From UHGV virus genome UHGV-0392586: 35,291 bases of DNA. One strand, 5' to 3'. The notes beneath the pieces were generated by a model. The model worked only from the letters and a program-made list of their open reading frames with translations, was not told where the DNA came from and searched no databases. A program made the position numbers and the translations under genes. Positions 7,561 through 15,699 of this stretch are shown here, in pieces (the first letter of the stretch is position 1; every line of letters begins with the position of its first letter). This DNA is from a virus.

Positions 7561-8745
7561 TTGAGAGAAGACTACAAGAAACAACTATCCGGCCAGATTG
7601 AGAAGCATTTTCTGGATTTGGAGCATATGATTTTGGAGGACATTGTTCGCAGAATCAAAAAAGCCGGAAAAATCACAAGCACGGCAGACTGGCAGATCAA
7701 TAGACTACAGATTATCGGGTACTCTTCTGAGGACATCGAAAAGATGATAAAAACCGCGCTGAACCTATCCTATCCGGAAGTGTTTGAACTGTATGACAAG
7801 GTTATTGATTGGGAATATGTTCGTAACAAAGATATCTACGAACAGGTCAATGCGGAATATATCCCCTACGAGGATAATAAGGAGTTGCAACAGCTTGCAG
7901 ATGGCTTTATCCAGCAGAGCAATGAGGATCTGCGAATTGTCACAAAGTCCATGGGGTTTTATGTGGATTACGGCGGCGGTAGGCTTGTTATGACTCCATT
8001 ATCCGACATCTACCAAGGATATCTTGATGAGGCTATTACAGGCGTTGTTTACGGAGCATTTGATTATAATACCATGATTCGCAAGGTAGTTACTCAGCTC
8101 ACAAATAGCGGACTCAGGAGCATTGATTACGCTTCTGGGTGGCATAGCAGGGTAGACGTGGCGGCAAGGAGAGCGGTTATGACAGGAGTATCACAGCTTA
8201 CTGGGAAAATTGCAGAAATGAACGCCGAGAAGTTAGGAACAGAACATTTTGAGATTGCGTGGCACGCCGGAGCGAGACCATCACACGCCGTCTGGCAAGG
8301 CAAGGTGTGGAGCAAAAAAGAACTTGTTACGGTATGCGGTCTTGGAACAGCCACCGGACTACTTGGAGCAAACTGTTACCATGAGTATTACCCTTTTGTA
8401 AAGGGCGTGTCAGAGCGGAATTGGTCTGATTCTTGGCTTGCAGAGCAGAACCGCAAGGAAAGTATACCTAAGACATTTAACGGCAAGGAATACACCTTGT
8501 ACGAAGCCAGACAGCAACAGAGAAAAATGGAAACAGCTATGAGGGCGCAGAGAGAAAAGGCTGTGCTACTAAAACAAGGTGGAGCTGACCCAGATGATGT
8601 AATAATCGCGAAAGCAAAGTATCAAGGACAACTCGGGGAGTACACCAGATTTTGTAAACGAATGGGGCTGCATCAAGAGCGTGAGCGCATCTATTACGAT
8701 ATGCGCGGCAGAGTGGCACCTGTACCAAAACGATTTAGGAGGTAG
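7561..8745 (+). CDS. minor head protein, phage Mu F / SPP1 gp7-like head morphogenesis protein (TTG start)
   Basis: GWHSRVDVAARRAVMTG...HAGARPSHAVWQGKVW motifs characteristic of Phage_Mu_F domain; follows portal. Confidence 0.8.
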   Translation: MREDYKKQLSGQIEKHFLDLEHMILEDIVRRIKKAGKITSTADWQINRLQIIGYSSEDIEKMIKTALNLSYPEVFELYDKVIDWEYVRNKDIYEQVNAEYIPYEDNKELQQLADGFIQQSNEDLRIVTKSMGFYVDYGGGRLVMTPLSDIYQGYLDEAITGVVYGAFDYNTMIRKVVTQLTNSGLRSIDYASGWHSRVDVAARRAVMTGVSQLTGKIAEMNAEKLGTEHFEIAWHAGARPSHAVWQGKVWSKKELVTVCGLGTATGLLGANCYHEYYPFVKGVSERNWSDSWLAEQNRKESIPKTFNGKEYTLYEARQQQRKMETAMRAQREKAVLLKQGGADPDDVIIAKAKYQGQLGEYTRFCKRMGLHQERERIYYDMRGRVAPVPKRFRR

Positions 8746-8748
8746 AAA

Positions 8749-9030
8749 ATGAGCAAAGTAAAAGTAATCAGACAGCCAACAGCGGAAGCAACATTGATTT
8801 TTGAATTTGAGACAGCATCATCCGAATTTCTGGTTAAGAATTTTACGGATGGTGATGTGTATGCATCACTTGAAAAAGATGCGACAAAAGAGCAGAGCGT
8901 ACTGATTCCAGCACAGACAGCACAAAGATTGCAGTATGGCTCTTACGGCGGTGGGAAGAGCAACATCGTCCAAATCATCCCCACAGCAACCTCAGAAAAA
9001 GGAGTGGAAGTACAATGCTTAAAATGGTAG
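8749..9030 (+). CDS. hypothetical phage head-module protein (93 aa)
   Basis: AGGAGG RBS, 3-nt spacing after previous stop. Confidence 0.55.
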   Translation: MSKVKVIRQPTAEATLIFEFETASSEFLVKNFTDGDVYASLEKDATKEQSVLIPAQTAQRLQYGSYGGGKSNIVQIIPTATSEKGVEVQCLKW

Positions 9031-10526
9031 ACGGAACAGGAATCATAGGAGTGGATATGATCTGTCCTCTGGGAGTCTCCACTCCACAGCCACCGAATTA
9101 TGACAGGGTAGAGCTAGAGGGTACAGGGATGCTGGTACTTCCGAACAGCTTGGATGCGCCGCTTGAGAGGTTGGAGCTGGGTGGGAAGACGGAGCAGGTG
9201 CAGACTACTGGAAAAAATCTTGCTAATCCGAGTGAGTTCGTGGTTGGTACTCTTGCAGGAGATACTGGTAATATTATCAAACTAAAACAATACATTACCA
9301 CTGGGTATATCCCTGTTATTCCGGGCAAAAGGTATTCCACTAGCTGCGGAAACAAATTTTCAGCGCATACAATAATTGCATACGATAAAGAAAAGACAAA
9401 AATCAATTCTCCGATAAATATGTCTTCAGAAATGCCAGAAGGTGCAGCTTACATAAGATTGACATACAAGAAAATAGACATGACCAATGTTACAGAATCC
9501 GATATGGAAGAACTGAAAAAAGTTTGCATGGTAAATGAAGGCTCTACCGTTCTGCCTTACGAACCCTACACAGGCGGTAAACCCTCCCCATCACCCGAAT
9601 ATCAGCAGGAGATTAAGAGTGTCGGAAAATGGAATGAAGAGAAGCAGAAGTATGAAGTTAGTGTGAAAGTTACTGGGAAGAATCTACTCAATCTGCAAAA
9701 AGAATCAGATGTAAACGGGCTTTATCGAGGTTGGAAATGCGGGGATGGCGAAAAAATAACATTAAGTATTAAAGACAAAAACAATAATGCAGATATTTCA
9801 GGATGCTTCTTGGGACTTTCCAAAAATGGTGATTCGGCATCTGGAGGTGTTTTATGGTTAGTTGATTCTGGTATAATTAAAGTAAAAGAGGCAACATCCA
9901 CACATCCGTATGTAACCATATATTCTACAACTGAAACAACTATAAAAAAACTTACAGAACGATTTGAGATACAATGCGAACGAGGAACTGTCGCTACAGA
10001 TTATGCACCATACGCCGAACAAACCCTCACCCTCACATCCGACCGCCCACTCACAAAGTGGGACAGACTGGTAGAGCAGGGTGGAGAGATTGGGTGGCTG
10101 TATGGGAGCGTGATAGCAACAATTGATGAAACCGCTAGTATTTCTTTGTATGCGCCCAACGGATTCTATGTTTACGTCAAAAATATTGACAAGAAAGAAA
10201 AAACTGGATATTGCGACAAGTTGTATGCAAAGAGAATGTCGAACGGGGAACCATTTGTCTTATTCGGGAATGCCAATAATAATGGGCTTTATACGCTTAA
10301 CACTCAAGAGTTTTACGGGAAAACAGTTTCGGAAATCAAAGAAAAATTGAAAGAATACCCACTCAATATTATCGGAAAATCAGAAACCACCGAATTCGTC
10401 CCACTCCCACAATCCGAACAAAACGCTATCCGAGCATTAAAAGCCTACTACCCTACCACAGTCATCACAGTTGACGGAGGGGAGCTTGACCCTGATATTA
10501 AAGTAACATACCGAAAGGAGAAGTAA
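9015..10526 (+). CDS. hypothetical virion-associated protein (503 aa) in head module; recurring TGKNL and YxPY motifs
   Basis: AAAGGAG RBS; large ORF between MuF-like protein and scaffold, an unusual position. Confidence 0.6.
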   Translation: MLKMVDGTGIIGVDMICPLGVSTPQPPNYDRVELEGTGMLVLPNSLDAPLERLELGGKTEQVQTTGKNLANPSEFVVGTLAGDTGNIIKLKQYITTGYIPVIPGKRYSTSCGNKFSAHTIIAYDKEKTKINSPINMSSEMPEGAAYIRLTYKKIDMTNVTESDMEELKKVCMVNEGSTVLPYEPYTGGKPSPSPEYQQEIKSVGKWNEEKQKYEVSVKVTGKNLLNLQKESDVNGLYRGWKCGDGEKITLSIKDKNNNADISGCFLGLSKNGDSASGGVLWLVDSGIIKVKEATSTHPYVTIYSTTETTIKKLTERFEIQCERGTVATDYAPYAEQTLTLTSDRPLTKWDRLVEQGGEIGWLYGSVIATIDETASISLYAPNGFYVYVKNIDKKEKTGYCDKLYAKRMSNGEPFVLFGNANNNGLYTLNTQEFYGKTVSEIKEKLKEYPLNIIGKSETTEFVPLPQSEQNAIRALKAYYPTTVITVDGGELDPDIKVTYRKEK

Positions 10527-10527
10527 T

Positions 10528-10815
10528 ATGAACTATGCAAAAATCATGGAAAACGGAACTGTAAGAATCAGCTCCATCAAGAAAGAGGGATACAAACCGC
10601 TCAAGGAAGAGAAGCCAGAGGGATTTAGTAACCTTGTCTTTGTTGGCTATACAGAGACAGAAGAAAATGTAATCAAAGAATACGAGGCTGTCGATGACGG
10701 AATGAGCGCCTACGGTAAATTGCAGAAAGACTTGAAAGCAACACAGGCGGCACAGGAAGTCACAGATCAGGCGGTGCAAGAACTGATTTTAGCAACAATG
10801 AAAATGGGGGTGTAA
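10528..10815 (+). CDS. hypothetical protein (95 aa)
   Basis: AAAGGAG RBS, 1-nt gap from previous stop. Confidence 0.55.
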   Translation: MNYAKIMENGTVRISSIKKEGYKPLKEEKPEGFSNLVFVGYTETEENVIKEYEAVDDGMSAYGKLQKDLKATQAAQEVTDQAVQELILATMKMGV

Positions 10816-10818
10816 GTT

Positions 10819-10914
10819 ATGGCACAGTTTTTGGCAAACAGAATCAAAGGTGGACACTTGACAATTGATAATGTACCGGAGAGCTTGAAAGAGCAGGTGC
10901 AGGCGTTACTTTAA
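10819..10914 (+). CDS. small protein (31 aa; MAQFLANRIKGGHLTIDNVPESLKEQVQALL), XkdX-like small phage protein
   Basis: ATG 3 nt after previous stop; conserved-looking small-phage-protein pattern; followed by terminator. Confidence 0.45.
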   Translation: MAQFLANRIKGGHLTIDNVPESLKEQVQALL

Positions 10915-10921
10915 GAGATTA

Positions 10922-10948
10922 GCACATAGAGATATGTGTTATTTTTAT
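10922..10948 (+). terminator. rho-independent terminator CACATA-gaga-TATGTG + TTATTTTTAT
   Basis: Hairpin followed by T-run, between head-accessory genes and scaffold gene. Confidence 0.45.
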
Positions 10949-11040
10949 GCCTTTTGGTCAGTAGATGAGACCTTAAACAGTCAATTCGTGGCGGTTGGTA
11001 ACACGCCTAAAACTACCTAATGCGAAAGGAGATCGGAAAC

Positions 11041-11589
11041 ATGAAAACAGAATTTTTAAAAGGACTCGGATTGGAACAGGATGCTATTGATAAGATCATG
11101 GCAGAGAACGGGAAAGACATTGCCGCTGAAAAGGCAAAGACAACCAAAGCAGAGGGTGAGCGTGACAATTACAAGAGTCAGCTTGAGACTGCAACGGAAT
11201 CTCTGGAAAAGTTTAAAGATGTTGACCCAACAGCTATGCAGGGCGAAATTGATAAGCTGAATCAACAGCTGAAAGACAAGGATGCTGAGTATGCCGCCAA
11301 AGAAGCGGATCGCATCTTTTCCGACACGATCAAAGAAGCTATCAAGACAGCCGGAGGACGCAATGAAAAAGCGGTCATGGCTATGCTTGATATTGACGCT
11401 TTGAAAGAATCAAAAAACCAGTCTGAGGACATCAAGAAAGCATTGGAAACCGTAAAGGAATCTGATGCTTATTTATTTGGCTCTGATGAGCCTTTTAAGA
11501 ACCCAGTAGGAGCAACTGGCGGCTCTGGCACAGGTGGAGATAATTTCTCGGCGATCAGAGCAGCTATGGGGCTTCCGGCAGAAAAATAA
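11041..11589 (+). CDS. phage scaffolding protein
   Basis: Helical, charged, coiled-coil-like sequence immediately upstream of major capsid gene; RBS AAAGGAG. Confidence 0.7.
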   Translation: MKTEFLKGLGLEQDAIDKIMAENGKDIAAEKAKTTKAEGERDNYKSQLETATESLEKFKDVDPTAMQGEIDKLNQQLKDKDAEYAAKEADRIFSDTIKEAIKTAGGRNEKAVMAMLDIDALKESKNQSEDIKKALETVKESDAYLFGSDEPFKNPVGATGGSGTGGDNFSAIRAAMGLPAEK

Positions 11590-11614
11590 TTTTGAAAGAA
11601 TGAGGTAAAAAGAT

Positions 11615-12472
11615 ATGGCAAATACAATTGCATTAAGAAAAGCATATTCTACTATGCTTGATGAGGTTTATAAACTGGCATCCCTTACAGCCGTATTAGA
11701 CGGTCCAAACGAACTTGTAAAAGAGGGTGCAAACGCAAATGAAATTTTGATTCCGAAAATGACGATGTCCGGTCTTGCAAATTACAATAAGCAGACAGGA
11801 TATGTTGCAGGTGACGTGACACTTGAGTACGAGACTAAGAAATGTACTTATGATCGAGGCCGTATGTTCACTGTGGACGCTATGGACAATATCGAGTCTG
11901 CAGGTGTTGCCTTCGGACGTCTTTCTGGAGAATTTTTGAGAACACAGGTTGTTCCGGAGCTTGACGCTTGGAGGCTTGCATCTTATGCAGGATACGCACT
12001 ATCTGCTAATAAAGTGGCAGCAGCGATTGCAGATGCGAAAGCCGGAATTGCAGCAATTAGAAAAGGCAAGACTGCTATTAAAAATGCGGAGGCAAAGCCG
12101 GAAACCTGTTATCTGTATATCTCTGCCGCACTCAAAGGGGATATTGAGGACCTTGATACAACGGCATCCAAGAAAGTTCTGGAAGGCTGGGCTGGAGTGA
12201 TTGAAGTTCCTGAGGGAAGATTTTTCGACAAAGTCACGTTGACAGCATCTGGAGCCGGCGGCTTTACAACAACAGGCGGTAAGAAGATTGATTTCTTGAT
12301 TGTTGACAAGAATGCAGTAATCCAGAATCAGAAGCACACTGTATCTAAGATTATCACACCGGATGCAAACCAGGATGCAGATGCTTGGAAGTTCGGATAT
12401 CGTACCGTAGGTATCGCAGAGGCGAAAGATAACAAGAAAGTGGCTATCTATGTACATACTGCAGCGGAGTAG
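11615..12472 (+). CDS. major capsid protein
   Basis: 285-aa ORF after scaffold gene, strong RBS, typical head-module position. Confidence 0.7.
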   Translation: MANTIALRKAYSTMLDEVYKLASLTAVLDGPNELVKEGANANEILIPKMTMSGLANYNKQTGYVAGDVTLEYETKKCTYDRGRMFTVDAMDNIESAGVAFGRLSGEFLRTQVVPELDAWRLASYAGYALSANKVAAAIADAKAGIAAIRKGKTAIKNAEAKPETCYLYISAALKGDIEDLDTTASKKVLEGWAGVIEVPEGRFFDKVTLTASGAGGFTTTGGKKIDFLIVDKNAVIQNQKHTVSKIITPDANQDADAWKFGYRTVGIAEAKDNKKVAIYVHTAAE

Positions 12473-12484
12473 AAAAAGGAGTTG

Positions 12485-12871
12485 ATGCAAATGAACTTGT
12501 ATGCGGATTATACATTTTACGTCTCTGAATATAGGGGAAATTTAACAGATGAAGAATTTGATAAATCTGTTATTCCAGCATCAGCTTATGTCCGAAGGAT
12601 TACCTTCGGGCGCGCTGATGACAATATGGAAATGGAAGAAGTAAAGCTTGCCACCTGCTCTGTCTGTGATTTGATTGCAAATGACGAAAAGGTTAGAAGC
12701 AAGCACTCTGGACGTGTGATTACATCCGAAAACACGGATGGATACTCCGTCAGCTACGAAAGCGGAGGAAATGGAGAAACAACAGACGATCTGCTTAAAA
12801 GGAATATATTTGATACATTGTTGCTTTATCTTGAGCCGACCGGACTCTTGTATACGGGGGTAAAATTATGA
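12485..12871 (+). CDS. head-tail connector / DNA-packaging (gp6-like) protein
   Basis: Position right after MCP; N-terminal ADYTFYVSEY...; RBS AAAAAGGAG. Confidence 0.55.
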   Translation: MQMNLYADYTFYVSEYRGNLTDEEFDKSVIPASAYVRRITFGRADDNMEMEEVKLATCSVCDLIANDEKVRSKHSGRVITSENTDGYSVSYESGGNGETTDDLLKRNIFDTLLLYLEPTGLLYTGVKL

Positions 12872-13203
12872 TAACCAACACAGATGCCACGCTTTACGGT
12901 AGGAAATATAACTCAGAAACCAGACTGGATGAGTGGGAACGAACCTACATCCCAGAGGTATGGTGGTACAAAAACGAAAAGTCGCAGATCACGACAGATG
13001 GATTAAAACAAGCAGACACCTACACGGTCAGAATCCCGGATACGAGCGTGGAAATCAAGAAAGACGATTACCTTGTAAAAGGCGATTGTAAGGTTGACAT
13101 GCAGACGATTAAGGACTTGGACGGACTGGACAAGACTAGAATTACATCTGCAAACTACAATACTTTTGGCGGCAATCCGCATATAAAGGTGGTGGGAGTG
13201 TGA
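12868..13203 (+). CDS. head-tail adaptor / head closure protein (hypothetical)
   Basis: ATGA overlap, position in connector module. Confidence 0.5.
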   Translation: MITNTDATLYGRKYNSETRLDEWERTYIPEVWWYKNEKSQITTDGLKQADTYTVRIPDTSVEIKKDDYLVKGDCKVDMQTIKDLDGLDKTRITSANYNTFGGNPHIKVVGV

Positions 13204-13592
13204 TGGCGAAAGGAAAGAAGAAATTTAAGATCGAGACACCGAGAGGTGTAATTTATACGCAAGCAACAAAAGGTGGAAAAGTGACGGCAAGGCTTGACTG
13301 GAATCCCAGCTTTAAGCCAAGTATGGAATCCGGTTTTGCAAACGCACAGTCTTTCGTGGACTCTGAATGCATCCGGCGCATGAACCCGGAGACTCCAAGA
13401 CGGACAGGAGTACTTGTTAAGTCAGCAACCCTTGGCACCGTAATTGGAAGTGGTGAGATCAACCAGATTGCACCTTATGCACGTAGACAGTATTACGAGC
13501 ACAAGGAAAAATCACGATGGTTTGAGCGCATGAAAAACCGCCACAAAGACTCTATCCTGAAAGGAGCAGCTAAGTATGTCAAATCTCATTGA
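13203..13592 (+). CDS. minor capsid / HK97 gp10-like tail-attachment protein
   Basis: Position; C-terminal IAPYARRQYYEH motif common to HK97 gp10-like proteins; RBS AAGGTGGTGGGAG. Confidence 0.55.
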   Translation: MAKGKKKFKIETPRGVIYTQATKGGKVTARLDWNPSFKPSMESGFANAQSFVDSECIRRMNPETPRRTGVLVKSATLGTVIGSGEINQIAPYARRQYYEHKEKSRWFERMKNRHKDSILKGAAKYVKSH

Positions 13593-13995
13593 CAGCGTCA
13601 GATCATACATTCTCACATGTCCGTTTTTAAGTGATGGGCGCGTAAATGTGGACTATATTGGCACGGATATGGGGTATTCTGTTGATCCTCTTCCGTGCGA
13701 TCCGATTATCCAGAGATACATGGACGGTGGGTCAAAGAAACAGTTCCAATTCGCATTTACAAGCCAAGAAGAGTATGACCAAGACGCACGAATTAACATT
13801 GAAAACAGTGGATTTTTTCAGAGCTTCGAAGAGTGGTTGGAACAGCAGAGTTTTAACGACAACCTCCCAAAACTCGAAGAAAAGAAGAACCCAATATCAA
13901 TCGAAACTTTAAACAGTGGTTACTTGTACGATATCAACGAGGAAAAAGCTAAGTATCGTATTGAGTGCCGCTTAATTTATGCACAGGAGGTATAA
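13576..13995 (+). CDS. hypothetical connector/tail-terminator-region protein
   Basis: RBS AAAGGAG; immediately precedes major tail protein. Confidence 0.5.
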   Translation: MSNLIDSVRSYILTCPFLSDGRVNVDYIGTDMGYSVDPLPCDPIIQRYMDGGSKKQFQFAFTSQEEYDQDARINIENSGFFQSFEEWLEQQSFNDNLPKLEEKKNPISIETLNSGYLYDINEEKAKYRIECRLIYAQEV

Positions 13996-13997
13996 AT

Positions 13998-14525
13998 ATG
14001 GCAGAGAAAAAGCCTGAATTAGTTGGACGCCACAAACGGGTGGCATACATGAACACGGACGCTACCGGAAGTTCGCCAAAATTCGAACGCATGACGAATT
14101 TTACAACCATGACAAATGGGAAAAACCCAAAAGAGTATTCCAGACAGTACGTGGATGAGATCGCGGAGCGTGCAGACGTTGTGGGGTACGCGCCGGCAAT
14201 TGAATATTCGTTTGACCGGTACACAAACAACCCGGTACACGAAAAAATCGCAACAATCCACGATGGTGAAAAACTTGGAGATGACGCACATGTAGAGGTT
14301 GTAGTTGTCGATTTCTTCAAGAAAAGTGACAATGGCGATAAGTGTTACGCTACAAAAAGAACCTATGCGGTTATCCCGGATTCTGACGGAGATGGAACGG
14401 ATGCGCTTGTGTATAGCGGATCTCTTAAATCTGTATCCGACATCGAGGAAGGATACGTTACAGAAACCGATTTTACAAGCAAGACGGTTACTTACACAAA
14501 AGGTGATTACGCAGCAACTAAATGA
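13998..14525 (+). CDS. major tail protein
   Basis: RBS ACAGGAGG then ATG 13998; ~175 aa, located before the chaperone pair and tape measure. Confidence 0.7.
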   Translation: MAEKKPELVGRHKRVAYMNTDATGSSPKFERMTNFTTMTNGKNPKEYSRQYVDEIAERADVVGYAPAIEYSFDRYTNNPVHEKIATIHDGEKLGDDAHVEVVVVDFFKKSDNGDKCYATKRTYAVIPDSDGDGTDALVYSGSLKSVSDIEEGYVTETDFTSKTVTYTKGDYAATK

Positions 14526-14545
14526 AAGAAAAGGAGAGTGAGCCA

Positions 14546-14911
14546 ATGAGCCAGTGGAAATGGAATGACGTAGAGCTTGAAATCGATATGGACGATGTAG
14601 AGTTTTTGGAAAGGTATGAAAAAGTATTTGAAAACATCGAGCCGAGGGAGAAGAAGCTTGAAAAGGTTGGAAAAATATCCGAAATAACCAGAGAATATTG
14701 TTTGCTGTTTTATGATATTTTTGATGGGATTTTCGGAGAAGGTACTTCTGAAAAACTTTTTGACGGGAAAATGAATTTAAGAGTTTGCGAAGAGTGCTAT
14801 GATTCGTTCATTGCTGTATGTGAAAAAGAAATCAATGCCGTAAACAAGAGAAGAAATTCTGTTGTTAGCAAATATACTCCGAATAGAGCTCAGAGACGCG
14901 CAAAGAAATAA
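14546..14911 (+). CDS. tail assembly chaperone (G-like)
   Basis: Acidic ~120-aa protein between major tail and TMP; RBS AAGGAG. Confidence 0.65.
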   Translation: MSQWKWNDVELEIDMDDVEFLERYEKVFENIEPREKKLEKVGKISEITREYCLLFYDIFDGIFGEGTSEKLFDGKMNLRVCEECYDSFIAVCEKEINAVNKRRNSVVSKYTPNRAQRRAKK

Positions 14912-14912
14912 C

Positions 14913-15485
14913 ATGAATTTTTTCTACGAAGAGTTGCCAAACACGGTAAATGTGAAAGGTGAAAACATCAAGGTCATTACGGATTTCCGTGAATACATCA
15001 GGCTTTTGGATATGTTAAAAGACCAAGAGCTTGATGCTCTTCAAAAATTTGCGATCATACAGCAGTATTTTCTTGATGACATAGTCGCAGACGAAGAAGC
15101 TATAGGCGCATTGTCCTGCTTTATAACGATGGATACAAATTGCGTAGAGGTTGCGGAGACAGGTGATTGTGGGAGACCACAAGAAAAGCCGAAGAAAAAT
15201 TTGTTCTCGTACTCCATTGATTATCCATATATATTATCCGGCTTTCTCAGGGATTATGGGATTGATTTAATCGACATTAAATATATGCACTGGTGGAAAT
15301 TCAGGATGCTTTTCGATGGTCTGTCTGACGATACAGAAATCAAGCAGCGAATAATGTACCGCAGCGTTGATTTATCGGAAATCAAAGACAAAGAAGAGAG
15401 AAAACGAATTAAAAAGATCCAGAAATCAATTCAATTGCCATCTGAGAGTCTGACGGATTATGATATCGGAAACGCTTTCATGTGA
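14913..15485 (+). CDS. second tail assembly chaperone (GT-like / Gp15-like); starts 1 nt after stop of upstream chaperone (TAAcATG), open frame extends upstream to 14862
   Basis: Position and overlap geometry typical of G/GT pair; no SD in front of ATG 14913. Confidence 0.6.
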   Translation: MNFFYEELPNTVNVKGENIKVITDFREYIRLLDMLKDQELDALQKFAIIQQYFLDDIVADEEAIGALSCFITMDTNCVEVAETGDCGRPQEKPKKNLFSYSIDYPYILSGFLRDYGIDLIDIKYMHWWKFRMLFDGLSDDTEIKQRIMYRSVDLSEIKDKEERKRIKKIQKSIQLPSESLTDYDIGNAFM

Positions 15486-15489
15486 GGTG

Positions 15490-15648
15490 ATGAAGATGGA
15501 CAAAATAAAGAAACCGCCACTGATAAGAAAGTGGTATAGATGTCCGGTGTGCGGGTGCAAACTCTTGATTTATGATAATGCAACTGTCTGTACCAATGCA
15601 TTTATCAAGTGCCGGACGTGCAAAAAAGAAGTAGAGATTAAGATTTAA
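15490..15648 (+). CDS. Com-like 4-Cys zinc-ribbon protein (~50 aa)
   Basis: WYRCPVCGCKLL...IKCRTCKKEVEI matches the RC..C.KLL...I.I.C.RCK pattern of Mu Com. Confidence 0.5.
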   Translation: MKMDKIKKPPLIRKWYRCPVCGCKLLIYDNATVCTNAFIKCRTCKKEVEIKI

Positions 15649-15699
15649 GCACTTTAAATTGAGCCATTGAGCCTGTGCTATCCATAAAGGAGGGATAGT

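Noticed and set aside
10123-10350. 75-aa + strand ORF inside the 503-aa gene (other frame), and similar embedded ORFs (7784-7993, 11949-12200, 13646-13912, 14305-14541)
   Set aside because: Fully nested in alternative frames of well-supported genes, without RBS
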